A stretch of DNA of 64,000 nt from Candidatus Peregrinibacteria bacterium RIFOXYA2_FULL_41_18 (GCA_001788795.1 MFXH01000004.1:6831-70830), one strand, 5' to 3'; counted from the stretch's first letter, positions 45,530 through 55,696 are shown. Notes: generated by a model from the sequence alone, not told the origin. A program made the numbers and translations.

Positions 45530-46825
45530 ATGTTTACAAGAAATGTACAAAAAGGTGCTCAATCGATACCTCCACGCTCAGCGTCCGGACAAGGCGGCTT
45601 CCGAAATAGGTCTCGCCGTCATCGTCATAATGGCCCTAGCGCCGGTGGTGCTTCGCGTCCAAATCCTGTTCGCAAGAGTGGAAATCGCGGTCAAGGAAAC
45701 CGAGGCGGAAGAGGCGCGTCAACCCTTGATCCTTCGCTTTTTATAAAAAAAGCTGTTCTAACTAAGCCTGAAGAGGTATATATCCCTTCTTTCACTTATC
45801 CGAACCTAACCGTTCATCCCGGACTTAAGGCTAATATTTCGAAAAAAGGCTATAAAAACCCGACTCCTATTCAGGACAAAACCATCGCACATATACTTGC
45901 AGGTAAAGATATTCTTGGCATCGCCAACACCGGTACCGGCAAGACTGCGGCCTTCTTGATCCCTTTGATCGATAAGGTTTTGCTTCAACCTAAGCACCGA
46001 GTTCTCATATTGGTTCCTACTAGAGAAATCGCGACTCAAATACGAGATGAACTTTTTTCACTATCTCAATCTCTTCGTATTTGGTCTGTCGTTTGCGTAG
46101 GCGGACTTCCAATTAGATACCAGATGTCGGATTTAAGAAGAGACCCCCATTTCCTTATCGCAACTCCCGGTAGATTAAAGGACCTAATCGCAAGGCGTGC
46201 CGTGAACCTGACAAGGTTCGATCATGTTGTATTGGACGAAGCAGACAGGATGGTTGATATGGGATTCATAAATGATATCCGCGAAATCCTTGGATTGCTT
46301 GCAAAAGACAGGCAATCTCTTTTCTTTTCCGCAACGCTTCCGACAGAGGTTAAAAATTTAATAAATTCTTTTCTTAAAAACCCGATTACCGTTTCGGTTA
46401 AAAAACAGGAGACCGCGGCGAATGTCGATCAGGATGTGGTAAGGGTGGGCAGGGGTCAAAATAAGATTGAAATACTATGCGGACTTCTTAGAAATGCGGC
46501 GGTTTTCAACAAGGTTCTTATTTTCGCGAGAACGAAAAGATTTGTTGATAGACTCACGATTGCTCTTCAGGAAAAAGGTTTCAAAGTCGAATCGATTCAC
46601 GGAGATAAGGTGCAGTCGAAAAGACAAAAGGCTCTCGACTTGTTCAAGCAAAATCATGTTCATATTCTTGTTGCAACAGATGTTGCCGCAAGAGGACTCG
46701 ATATACCGAACGTCAGCCATGTTATTAATTTTGATCCGCCTCATACTTATGAAGATTACATTCATAGAATCGGGAGGACCGGTAGGATTGATAAAAAGGG
46801 TAAGGCTTTGACTTTTATCGAGTAG
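45530..46825 (+). CDS. DEAD-box RNA helicase with an Arg/Gly-rich N-terminal extension
   Basis: Q motif (PTPIQ), AxTGTGKT, DEAD (VLDEADRM), SAT, HRIGRTGR. Confidence 0.93.
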   Translation: MFTRNVQKGAQSIPPRSASGQGGFRNRSRRHRHNGPSAGGASRPNPVRKSGNRGQGNRGGRGASTLDPSLFIKKAVLTKPEEVYIPSFTYPNLTVHPGLKANISKKGYKNPTPIQDKTIAHILAGKDILGIANTGTGKTAAFLIPLIDKVLLQPKHRVLILVPTREIATQIRDELFSLSQSLRIWSVVCVGGLPIRYQMSDLRRDPHFLIATPGRLKDLIARRAVNLTRFDHVVLDEADRMVDMGFINDIREILGLLAKDRQSLFFSATLPTEVKNLINSFLKNPITVSVKKQETAANVDQDVVRVGRGQNKIEILCGLLRNAAVFNKVLIFARTKRFVDRLTIALQEKGFKVESIHGDKVQSKRQKALDLFKQNHVHILVATDVAARGLDIPNVSHVINFDPPHTYEDYIHRIGRTGRIDKKGKALTFIE

Positions 46826-46839
46826 CTTTTGTCCGACCC

Positions 46840-46867
46840 TTGATTTATCAAGCTTCGTCTTTATAAT
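46840..46867 (+). promoter_or_regulatory. sigma70-type promoter (TTGATT-16 nt-TATAAT); the -35 lies in the palindrome CTTGAT-TT-ATCAAG
   Basis: Read directly. The palindrome spans 46839-46852. Confidence 0.55.
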
Positions 46868-46890
46868 TGGACAACTTAACGTATAGACTT

Positions 46891-47808
46891 ATGACTTCAC
46901 GCATTGAAACTGGGATTGATGACGGTCACGAACACGACGATCATGCTCCTGTAGAGGGGGCGGCAATTGCGAAAAAAGTTGCCATGTTGCGTCCGGAAGC
47001 CGATGCTTTTGTTGAGCGCAATCAGTTCGAAATACCGGAAGGACAGATAGAGTCTCGCTGCGTTGACGGTCGATATGAGGCTGCGGCTGCGAGAAAAGCT
47101 CCACTGTCCGTTCCCGGAGCTGACGCCGGATATGTTCTCGTTGCGTTTGCCGCTCTTAGAGAGCTCGGTATTCACGATGCAAGCGAGCAAGATGTTTGGT
47201 CGGCCGTCGTACGTGCCGCCGGCGGGCCAAGTAATTTCCGTTTTCATACCGATACTCACGCCAATCATGATCATAAGGGCGCGGGTAGGGGCTGTGGCCA
47301 TCTCGCTCTTGCCGCAAATCAAGAAAAAGGCGGGTTTGAGAAATATGGTGTTAGTGATCGGGAGATGGAGTTTTTGTTTCGGCAGCTTGATGAGTTAGCG
47401 GATTGGCATCCAAGAAATCAGGTTGTTTTGGACGGAGATCATCTGGAAAGAGCTGTATTGGTCGTTGAGTCTGAAACACATGGTGTCGTGCCTATGGAAC
47501 ACGCTGGAAGCCCGGGCGGGCGTCCTAATCAAGTTTTCGTGTTTCAAAAAACGCTGCACGAGAATCGCATGGGCGAGCTGTGCTCGATACTTATGTCAAT
47601 TCCAGCTGTTTCTCGTGCTACAACCCCTGAAAGACTTGCTGCCGCTATGGATGAGGTGTTTAACAAACAGCTTAGTGCCACGCTGGGCGAGTTGGCGCCC
47701 GGAGATCCCGTACATCAAATTTCGATTGTTCGTGGAAAGGTTGCCGGAGTTTCTGATTTTGTCGGTACATATGAGGATGCTGATGATACAGATGAGGCGT
47801 TTCTTTAG
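46891..47808 (+). CDS. orphan protein with a C-x-D-x-R motif and a His/Cys-rich cluster (putative metal site)
   Basis: A long ORF containing RCVDGR ... FHTDTHANHDHKGAGRGCGH. The start was moved to ATG 46891 because the TTG at 46867 overlaps the -10 box. No family was recognised. Confidence 0.5.
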   Translation: MTSRIETGIDDGHEHDDHAPVEGAAIAKKVAMLRPEADAFVERNQFEIPEGQIESRCVDGRYEAAAARKAPLSVPGADAGYVLVAFAALRELGIHDASEQDVWSAVVRAAGGPSNFRFHTDTHANHDHKGAGRGCGHLALAANQEKGGFEKYGVSDREMEFLFRQLDELADWHPRNQVVLDGDHLERAVLVVESETHGVVPMEHAGSPGGRPNQVFVFQKTLHENRMGELCSILMSIPAVSRATTPERLAAAMDEVFNKQLSATLGELAPGDPVHQISIVRGKVAGVSDFVGTYEDADDTDEAFL

Positions 47809-47895
47809 AACTCTTGGGTTATTATTTGGTTTTATTGCAAATACATCGGGTGCCAAAGCCTATGTTTTTACATATCCAGACATTACCCACCACCC

Positions 47896-47924
47896 TTGAC
47901 CCATCCCCAACCTTATGCTTTAAT
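47896..47924 (+). promoter_or_regulatory. sigma70-type promoter (TTGACC-17 nt-TTTAAT)
   Basis: Read directly upstream of the 47948 ORF. Confidence 0.45.
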
Positions 47925-47947
47925 AAACGCCTATTTAAAAATTTTAT

Positions 47948-48727
47948 ATGGTTTTAAGTATGCGCTCTTCTGATCTTTCGTCTTCGTCAGAGGGTCTATC
48001 CGACCCTTTAGACCGAATGCTACAAAAGCGAGCCGAGCTATATGCTCGCGCGAAGGATGTTGAATCGCCAGATGGCAATAATCCGCTTTGGGACGCTTTT
48101 ATACACAATGTTACCGTACAAGATCATGCATGCCCTTATATTCAATTTAGAGGGATTTTTGCCGATATAAGGTCTTGCGTGGAACAATTCGCCGTCAAGC
48201 CCCAGCATTCTCTTGACGTGTTGGCCAAAAGTCTGACCGATATTTGGATTTACCTTGGCGAGATACGAGAGCGCCCATTTATCACCGGAGACTCTGTTAC
48301 TCCGCAGCTTGGGCATAGGTTTTGGTCTCCGCCCCAAATGCATGGTGGACAACCTGTTCCTGGTTCTTCCATTCTGACTGATGTTTTCCAGCATGGCCAC
48401 AATTTTCAATACGGAGCACCTCCTACTGTTAGGACTTGTCCTATTTGGGATTTTTTGAAAAGGGCCAGTGAAGGCAAGACTGCCATGTTTGAAGCTACGG
48501 TTGGCAACTCTAACTGCTGGCTTCAGGTGGTTTATAAAGGTGGTCAAACTACGCTTCATTTACGCCAAACACAACGAGGCGACCCGGTAGAGTTTGAATT
48601 TTTCCAAAATAGGCTCGAATGCTTAACCCCCGAGTGGCAAGACCGAAACGTTTTGCCCGCCGAAGGAGGGATTGACATATCTAATGCCGATGGGGGGGGT
48701 AACTTTTTTACCTATCCCGCAAGATAA
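47948..48727 (+). CDS. orphan hypothetical protein (259 aa)
   Basis: A long ORF with its own promoter and no recognisable motifs. Its composition (W, H, P, Q-rich) differs from the neighbouring genes. Confidence 0.45.
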   Translation: MVLSMRSSDLSSSSEGLSDPLDRMLQKRAELYARAKDVESPDGNNPLWDAFIHNVTVQDHACPYIQFRGIFADIRSCVEQFAVKPQHSLDVLAKSLTDIWIYLGEIRERPFITGDSVTPQLGHRFWSPPQMHGGQPVPGSSILTDVFQHGHNFQYGAPPTVRTCPIWDFLKRASEGKTAMFEATVGNSNCWLQVVYKGGQTTLHLRQTQRGDPVEFEFFQNRLECLTPEWQDRNVLPAEGGIDISNADGGGNFFTYPAR

Positions 48728-48862
48728 GGTTGCCGCTATGAAGATTGGCGATTGTGTAAGTATTTATCCGCAAGCCTAACAAGTATCCATCTGTAAATTC
48801 GCTTTTTTTCATCCTTTGTGGTATAATTATTTTGAATTAAGAGTTTATCATTAACAAAAATT

Positions 48863-50941
48863 ATGCAAAAAGATGAATTCCGTGGAAGAGGCAAGCCTTA
48901 TGAGAATAAAGCTGATGTACTGGACAAGTGGATAACACAAATCGTTGAAGACGGTCATGCCAGCAAAATCGTACCGCAAAAGGCGGTAACGCCTGTTTCA
49001 CAAAAAAACACTACCGCTGAAGTGAAAGTTCCAGCAAAAAACAATAATGCTAACCGCAATCGCGACTGGCAAAAAAAGGCTAATCACCCAAGGCCAAGCA
49101 CGTCAAACGCGCTACGTCCTTCGACAGGAGCGAACGGCCTTCCTCAAAGGCAAAACGGGTCTCGTTTTGTTTCTCAGGACAACTTCACGACTCCTCAAAA
49201 GATGTTTTCAGGACGTGCGAAGCCTGAAAACGCCCCAGTGCCTTATGCCAAGCACGCGCGCTCTAATAAGCTTAGAGCGATTCCGCTCGGCGGACTTGAA
49301 GAGGTTGGCAAGAACTCAATGATTTTTGAGTATGGCGACGACATCGTGGCTATAGACATGGGTCTCCAGTTTCCGGATGAAGATATGTTCGGCATAGATT
49401 ATGTAATTCCCGACACGACTTACCTTGAAGAAAGGCGCAAGTTTGTCAGAGGAATTATTATTACACATGGACATTTGGATCACATAGGCGCTCTATCTTA
49501 TGTATTGCCGAAACTCGGATTTCCTCCTGTTTTCGCCACCAAGCTGACTCTTGGACTTATCAAGAAACAACTCGAGGAGTTCGGACTGCTTAAACAGGCT
49601 GATCTGCGAGAGATAACGACCGAGTCGGTTCTGACTCTTGGGAGTTTTCAGGCGAAATTTTTCAGAATAAACCATTCGATACCCGACGGTGTCGCTGTTG
49701 TGCTTAAATGTCCCGTTGGAAATATTGTTTTCACGGGTGACTTCAAGTTCGACAACAACCCTGCCGACGACAAGCCTGCGGAAATCAATAAGATGAAGGC
49801 TATCGGCAACGCGACCGGAAACGACAGAATTTCTGCGCTGTTTTCAGACAGCACAAACGCGCTTGTTCCCGGAAAAACCGTTTCGGAAAGCGTAATTGGC
49901 GCGTCTCTGGACAAGCTGATAGGTCAAACGCAAGGACGTGTTATTATCGCCGCTTTTTCTTCTCTTATAGGAAGGATTCAGCAAATCTTGCGATCGGCTC
50001 ATAAACATGGTCGTTATGTTGGAATCAGCGGCAGAAGTATGGAAAACAATATAGGAATCGCTCGTGAGCTTGGATATATAAAGGTTCCGCAAGGCCTTAT
50101 AAAGCCAATTGCTGAAATCTCTAAGTTGCCGCCAGATAAAGTTCTTATATTGACAACCGGCAGTCAGGGTGAGGCTATGTCGGCTTTAACAAGAATGTCT
50201 ATAAACGACCACAAGCACGTCAAAATAACAAAAGGGGACACGGTTGTTATTTCCGCTAATCCAATTATCGGAAACGAGAAGGCTGTCGCCACTGTTATTA
50301 ATAACCTATGCAAGCTCGGTGCGGATATTGTGAATAATGATATTATGGATGTTCATACATCCGGTCATGGACGGCAAGACGACCTTGAACAGATGATTAG
50401 GCTTATTAAACCGAATGTTTTGGTTCCCGTTCATGGTGATCTTTATATGAGAACCGCTCATTCCAAAATAGGTAAGAAGTGCGGCCTCAAGCCTGAAAAT
50501 ATCTTCCTTTTTGAAGGAAACGGCGGCGTTCTTGAAATAGATCACGCCGGTGCAAAAGTGAAAGACGAAACCGTTCCTTCTAATTATATAGTCGTTGACG
50601 GGCTTGGAACTGGCGATATTGGTTCTCAGGTACTTTTGGACCGTGAGGCTATGGCGCATAATGGCATTTTGGTGGTTGTGTTTAGAGTGAAAAAGAAGGC
50701 GAAACAGCTTCTTGAAAAACCGCTTATTCTTACGCGCGGATTTGTTTATATAAATGAATCGGATGAGGTTATTAAGAAAATGCGTGATGAAGCAGAGAAG
50801 GCTTATAACCACATTACAACAAAAGATCCAAAGGCAAACACTTGGGATGTGTGCAATTATGTTAAGAGGGTTTTGGACGGCGTTGCACATAAAAGGCTGG
50901 CGAGGAGACCGCTTGTGGTGCCATGGATAGTGAATGTTTAA
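48863..50941 (+). CDS. rnj: ribonuclease J with a ~130-aa low-complexity N-terminal extension
   Basis: Metallo-beta-lactamase/beta-CASP motifs (ITHGHLDHIGAL, GDFKFD, HTSGHG) and the RNase J N-terminus IPLGGLEEVGKNSMIFEY. Confidence 0.9.
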   Translation: MQKDEFRGRGKPYENKADVLDKWITQIVEDGHASKIVPQKAVTPVSQKNTTAEVKVPAKNNNANRNRDWQKKANHPRPSTSNALRPSTGANGLPQRQNGSRFVSQDNFTTPQKMFSGRAKPENAPVPYAKHARSNKLRAIPLGGLEEVGKNSMIFEYGDDIVAIDMGLQFPDEDMFGIDYVIPDTTYLEERRKFVRGIIITHGHLDHIGALSYVLPKLGFPPVFATKLTLGLIKKQLEEFGLLKQADLREITTESVLTLGSFQAKFFRINHSIPDGVAVVLKCPVGNIVFTGDFKFDNNPADDKPAEINKMKAIGNATGNDRISALFSDSTNALVPGKTVSESVIGASLDKLIGQTQGRVIIAAFSSLIGRIQQILRSAHKHGRYVGISGRSMENNIGIARELGYIKVPQGLIKPIAEISKLPPDKVLILTTGSQGEAMSALTRMSINDHKHVKITKGDTVVISANPIIGNEKAVATVINNLCKLGADIVNNDIMDVHTSGHGRQDDLEQMIRLIKPNVLVPVHGDLYMRTAHSKIGKKCGLKPENIFLFEGNGGVLEIDHAGAKVKDETVPSNYIVVDGLGTGDIGSQVLLDREAMAHNGILVVVFRVKKKAKQLLEKPLILTRGFVYINESDEVIKKMRDEAEKAYNHITTKDPKANTWDVCNYVKRVLDGVAHKRLARRPLVVPWIVNV

Positions 50942-50942
50942 C

Positions 50943-51242
50943 GTGTTTTGCGCGAGTTTTGCACAATTGTTTTTGAGTTTTAAAGGTGAATTATTTTATT
51001 CACCTTTTTCTTGGCTTACCACCGCCGTTTTAAGGCCGTTTAGTTTTGCACAAGTTTTGAAACTTACAGTGACGTATTTATAGTTTAAATAGTATATATT
51101 GTAATGTTTTTTTATTTTTGTGAAGTGCTCACTATCTACGACTATTTTAATTATATATATAATTTCTTGATTCTTAATTAAGAATGGCAATTCAATTTTG
51201 TGTAAAAGTTTTTCATAAAATTTTATATAAAGTATAATTGGT
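50943..51242. other. candidate oriC-like region upstream of dnaN (DnaA-box-like 9-mers plus an AT-rich tract)
   Basis: TTTTGCACA occurs at 50957-50965 and 51044-51052, and the reverse box TGTGTAAAA at 51199-51207. An AT-rich tract (ttaattatatatataatttcttgattcttaattaagaat) lies at about 51144-51186. Confidence 0.35.
50982..51010 (+). terminator. rho-independent terminator after rnj
   Basis: AAAGGTGAAT-tatttt-ATTCACCTTT followed by a T-run. Confidence 0.8.
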
Positions 51243-51272
51243 TTGCCAAGAAATTTTTTTAAACAAAAACAT

Positions 51273-52376
51273 ATGAAAGTAAAATGTTCTCAACGCGCAC
51301 TTGCCAATGCGCTTAATATTGCAAACAAGGCTGTTAGCCCAAACAACACCCTTCCGGTTTTGAACAATATTTTATTGAGTGCCGAGGGTAAAAAACTATT
51401 TTTATCTTCGACAAATCTAGAGATTGCAATCAAGACTGTTATAGACGCCGAGGTGTTTAACGAAGGAAGTATAACGATCCCGGCAAAACTTCTTACCGGA
51501 TATATTGGTCTTTTGAAAGACGGAGACGTTGAGCTTAAACTTGAAGATGGTGCAACGCTTTTTATTAAAGCCAGCCATTCCGATACAAAGATAAAGGGTA
51601 TTTCCCCGGAAGAATTTCCATTACTGCCGAAAATAGAGGCGTCTTCCACCTTTGAGATATCCAGCTCTGACTTAAAAGATGCAATATCTCAAGTTTCTTT
51701 TGCGGCATCGTTTAACATGGTTCGTCCGGTTTTAACAGGTATCCTTTTTAGATTTATCAAGGACGAGTTAAAAATGGTTTCAACAGACAGCTACAGGCTT
51801 TCCGAAAAAACAATCAAACTCCCAACAAGCGTTAAAACAGACATCGACTGTATAATTCCGGCAAAGACTGTAATAGAACTTGGAAAAATAATATCACCCT
51901 CCAAAGACCCGGTAGAGATCAATATCGCAAGCAATCAGGTTTTGTTTAAGTCAGGAGATACCGTTTTGATATCAAGACTTATAGAAGGAAGGTTTCCCGA
52001 ATACGAGAAGCACATGCCAAAAGATTCAAAAACAAAATGCGAAGTTAACTCGCAAGACTTGGTTGTTGCTGTTAAAAAAGTAAGCCTTTTTGTTACAGAA
52101 ACTAATAACAACATTAAACTTTCAATCACAAACGACGGCAAAATGGTTCTAAACACAGACGAAACACAGGTTGGTGAAGGAAGGGCAGATGTTGACGCAA
52201 AAGTTTCAGGAGAAAATAACAAGATAGCACTTAATTCTCAGTACATACTTGATGTTTTATCCAATATCCAAGACGACACGGTTTTGGTTGAGGTTGTTGA
52301 TAAAACAAGTCCTGTTACGATAAAACCCTTGAAGAAAAAAGACTTTGTGCATATAATCATGCCGCTTAAGCTGTAA
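51273..52376 (+). CDS. dnaN: DNA polymerase III beta sliding clamp
   Basis: MKVKCSQRALANAL..VS..NTLPVLNNILL... with a three-domain length. The start was set at ATG 51273. Confidence 0.92.
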   Translation: MKVKCSQRALANALNIANKAVSPNNTLPVLNNILLSAEGKKLFLSSTNLEIAIKTVIDAEVFNEGSITIPAKLLTGYIGLLKDGDVELKLEDGATLFIKASHSDTKIKGISPEEFPLLPKIEASSTFEISSSDLKDAISQVSFAASFNMVRPVLTGILFRFIKDELKMVSTDSYRLSEKTIKLPTSVKTDIDCIIPAKTVIELGKIISPSKDPVEINIASNQVLFKSGDTVLISRLIEGRFPEYEKHMPKDSKTKCEVNSQDLVVAVKKVSLFVTETNNNIKLSITNDGKMVLNTDETQVGEGRADVDAKVSGENNKIALNSQYILDVLSNIQDDTVLVEVVDKTSPVTIKPLKKKDFVHIIMPLKL

Positions 52377-52444
52377 AAAGCTTTAAAAGCTTTACCGACA
52401 CAAGAGGTCTTTCGTATCGGTGACCGTTTTTTTAAGGTCATTTT

Positions 52445-55400
52445 ATGAGCAGTAATTTAATTCGGCTCTTCTCCGATGTTTCGGACAAGGAGGTTTGCGA
52501 ACAGTTTAATTCCGACGGTGTTACTACAATTTCCGGAGGTGGCAATTTTTCGTCAAAAGCTTTTTTTCTATCTCAAATAATTAATTCAAAAAAAGACGCA
52601 CATAAAATATTATGGATTGTTTCCAATTATCAAGAAAGAGATCAGGTCATCTTGGCAATGCGAATGTGGAGTGGCTTCCACGTAGAGCCACTAGTTCTAG
52701 AGAGAAACGAAACGAGAAATGACGACATAGAAAGATTGAACAAGATAAAAACAACAGCCTTTTTATCAAAAGCGCTTTCTAAGCAAAATAATGTTTTTGT
52801 AATCGAATATACGGACGCCCTTCAGTTTTACCCAAAACCCGAGGATTTAGAAATGGGCGTTGTTAAGGTTTCTACGGGTCAAAAAACAGATGCGGTTGCT
52901 TTTTTCAACAGCCTTATAGCCGCCGGCTATGAAGTCTCTGGTGATAAATTTATTACAAAAGGTCAGTATTATCGATCCGGTGATTTAATTACGATTTTTC
53001 CTGTCAATACAGACCTCCCTGTTGTTATAAATATCGGTTTTGATACGGTTGATAAGGTTTGTTTTTACAACCAAGAGACGGGAACAAATATGGCAGATGT
53101 CGATAGTGTTTCGATATATCCAGTTGCATGTGCTTTAAATTCCGTTTCAATCTTTGATTATTTCGGAAAAGGTTCGGTTATAGTTGATGACGACGTCGAG
53201 GTTCCCGATATAGACATGCCAAAATACGAAGAGTTTTTGAAAAAAGCCGATCACCAAGCTTTTCGTGTTAACTTCACGTCTTTTATGGAGGAGTCTTCTT
53301 ACCATCACCACCTTCATTACCTTTCTGTTTTAAAATACCAAAATATTTTAGATTTCATTTCGGACGTAAAGGAGAAGATCACCACAGAGTGGAAAATTTT
53401 ACTTTTTACCAAAAATACCGACGAGTATACCGGTGTTTTTGAAGACAAAACTGTTAAATATGAAACTATTTCCGGCGAGAAACCACTTACTCCGTTCAGG
53501 GTTAATATAATCCATGTTAAAAAAGACGACGTTTTTCCAATAGCCTTTCAAAACCCAAAATTAAAAGTATTTGTGGTTACAGACAGGGAGGTTATAGATT
53601 TAAACGAAAAGAAAAAAGCGGACGATGCCAAGTACAGAGTTTTTTCAGACTTTTTGACGGGTCTTAAGGTCAATGATTATGTTGTTCATACAGATCATGG
53701 GATTGGTATTTTTATGGGGCTTTATAAAATGACCGTTGATGGAGTTACGCGCGAGTATTTAAAAATAGGATATGCTGAAAATGACAAACTTTTTGTCCCG
53801 ATAGATCAGGCCGATAGGGTTAGTAAATTCATTGGTTCAGCAGACCAGCCGCCTCGTTTAACAAGGCTTGGATCCGCGGAATGGGATACAATTACCGAGA
53901 AGGTTAAAAAGGAAACAGAAAAAATCGCAAAAGAATTATTAGATCTTTATGCAAGACGTGAGAGCGCCAAAGGTTTTGCCTTCAGTGGTGATGACAAATT
54001 GTTGGAAAAATTCAGCGAGACTTTTCCATACGAAGAAACCCCCGGTCAGTTGCGTGCAATATCAGATGTTTTATCCGACATGGAAAAAGATAAACCAATG
54101 GATAGGCTTGTTTGCGGAGATGTCGGTTTTGGAAAAACCGAAGTTGCGATGAGGGCGGCATTTAAAGCGGTTATGTCCGGAAAACAAGTTGCTTTAATTT
54201 CACCAATTACGATTTTAACAGATCAGCATTACAAGAGCTTCAAAAGGAGAATGGACGATTTTCACATACGAATTGAGATGCTGAGCAGGTTTCGATCACA
54301 AGCGGAACAGAAAAAAATATTAAAAGGGTTGAAAGATGGTACGGTTGACGTGGTTATTGGAACGCACAGACTTTTACAGTCCGATATTGAGTTTAAGAAT
54401 CTCGGGCTTGTAATTGTTGATGAAGAGCAGAGGTTTGGCGTGAAACAAAAAGAGGCACTAAAGTCGTTACGAACCGAAGTTGATATTTTAACATTAACCG
54501 CGACGCCAATCCCAAGAACTTTAAATATAAGTCTTCATGGTCTTCGAGACATTACCACGATTACGACGCCTCCTCCCGGCAGGCAGCCGATTATTACAGA
54601 GGTAAGAAGGTTTAGCTATAACCTGATAAGAAACTCGATACTTCTTGAAATTGAAAGAAAGGGGCAGGTTTATTTCTTGCACAACCGAGTTCAGACAATT
54701 GACGACATGGCTAGTAAATTAAAGTCCCTTGTGCCTGAGGCGAAGTTTGTCGTGACGCACGGCAAGTTAAGCAGCTCGGAGCTCGAGAAGCGCATAATGG
54801 CCTTCAAAGACGGCGAATTTGACGTGCTTGTAAGCTCGACGATCATTGAAAATGGAATCGACCTTCCAAATGCAAACACATTGATTGTTAATAACGCCGA
54901 GAAGTTCGGACTTGCTCAGCTGTATCAATTGCGCGGTCGGGTCGGCCGAGGACGCAAGCAGGCTTATGCATATTTCTTGTATACGCAACAAAGGTTGCAG
55001 ATAGACGCCAAGAAGAGATTGCGTGCCATCGTTGAAGCGTCAGAACTTGGAAGTGGATTCCAAATCGCCATGAAGGATCTCGAGATTAGAGGTGCGGGCG
55101 ACATCTTGGGGGCTAATCAGCATGGTTCTATAAACATTGTCGGTGTTAGCCATTTCGTGCGAATGTTAAATCAGGCCGTTGAAGAGTTGAAGAGCGGCGG
55201 TAGCGTTAAGGCGGAAGAAAAACCGATAGAAGTTTCTATAGAATTGCCAATACCTGCGTTGATTCCAGACGATTATATTGCGAACTTCAAAGATAAAATC
55301 AACGTTTACCAGAAACTTGCGAGTGCTGATAATTTCAAGTTCTTGTCTGAGTTGCGTGCGGAAATCGAAGAGGATTTTGGCGCGATTCCTAATGAGGTTG

Positions 55401-55696
55401 GGAATTTGTTTAGGATTCTTGAGTTGAAATTGCTCGCAAAAGCGGCAAACCTTACGAATGTTAAGGCTGAAAATGTTCATAGCGATGTTGATAGGCAAAT
55501 CATTCTTACTATGTCTGACAAGGTGAAGCCTGAAAATATTATGAATATGCTTGAGTACAATCCGAAATGGATTATTTCGGGCACGAAATTAAAATGTAAA
55601 TTTAATGATCTTGGCGTGCATTGGGTGGATGAGTTAGCAGAGTGCTTGAAGAAACTTCATGGGAAGGTTGAGAGGGGGAAGTGGATAAGAGAGTAA
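52445..55696 (+). CDS. mfd: transcription-repair coupling factor
   Basis: CarD/TRCF-RID region (YVVHTDHGIGIF), SF2 helicase motifs (GDVGFGKTEVA, DEEQRFGV, TATPIPRT) and a TRCF C-terminal domain. Confidence 0.93.
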   Translation: MSSNLIRLFSDVSDKEVCEQFNSDGVTTISGGGNFSSKAFFLSQIINSKKDAHKILWIVSNYQERDQVILAMRMWSGFHVEPLVLERNETRNDDIERLNKIKTTAFLSKALSKQNNVFVIEYTDALQFYPKPEDLEMGVVKVSTGQKTDAVAFFNSLIAAGYEVSGDKFITKGQYYRSGDLITIFPVNTDLPVVINIGFDTVDKVCFYNQETGTNMADVDSVSIYPVACALNSVSIFDYFGKGSVIVDDDVEVPDIDMPKYEEFLKKADHQAFRVNFTSFMEESSYHHHLHYLSVLKYQNILDFISDVKEKITTEWKILLFTKNTDEYTGVFEDKTVKYETISGEKPLTPFRVNIIHVKKDDVFPIAFQNPKLKVFVVTDREVIDLNEKKKADDAKYRVFSDFLTGLKVNDYVVHTDHGIGIFMGLYKMTVDGVTREYLKIGYAENDKLFVPIDQADRVSKFIGSADQPPRLTRLGSAEWDTITEKVKKETEKIAKELLDLYARRESAKGFAFSGDDKLLEKFSETFPYEETPGQLRAISDVLSDMEKDKPMDRLVCGDVGFGKTEVAMRAAFKAVMSGKQVALISPITILTDQHYKSFKRRMDDFHIRIEMLSRFRSQAEQKKILKGLKDGTVDVVIGTHRLLQSDIEFKNLGLVIVDEEQRFGVKQKEALKSLRTEVDILTLTATPIPRTLNISLHGLRDITTITTPPPGRQPIITEVRRFSYNLIRNSILLEIERKGQVYFLHNRVQTIDDMASKLKSLVPEAKFVVTHGKLSSSELEKRIMAFKDGEFDVLVSSTIIENGIDLPNANTLIVNNAEKFGLAQLYQLRGRVGRGRKQAYAYFLYTQQRLQIDAKKRLRAIVEASELGSGFQIAMKDLEIRGAGDILGANQHGSINIVGVSHFVRMLNQAVEELKSGGSVKAEEKPIEVSIELPIPALIPDDYIANFKDKINVYQKLASADNFKFLSELRAEIEEDFGAIPNEVGNLFRILELKLLAKAANLTNVKAENVHSDVDRQIILTMSDKVKPENIMNMLEYNPKWIISGTKLKCKFNDLGVHWVDELAECLKKLHGKVERGKWIRE

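Noticed and set aside
45522-45746. 74-aa alternative-frame ORF at the 5' end of the DEAD-box helicase gene
   Set aside because: It overlaps the RG-rich N-terminal extension of the helicase ORF, which continues into the canonical helicase motifs. There is no independent support for it.
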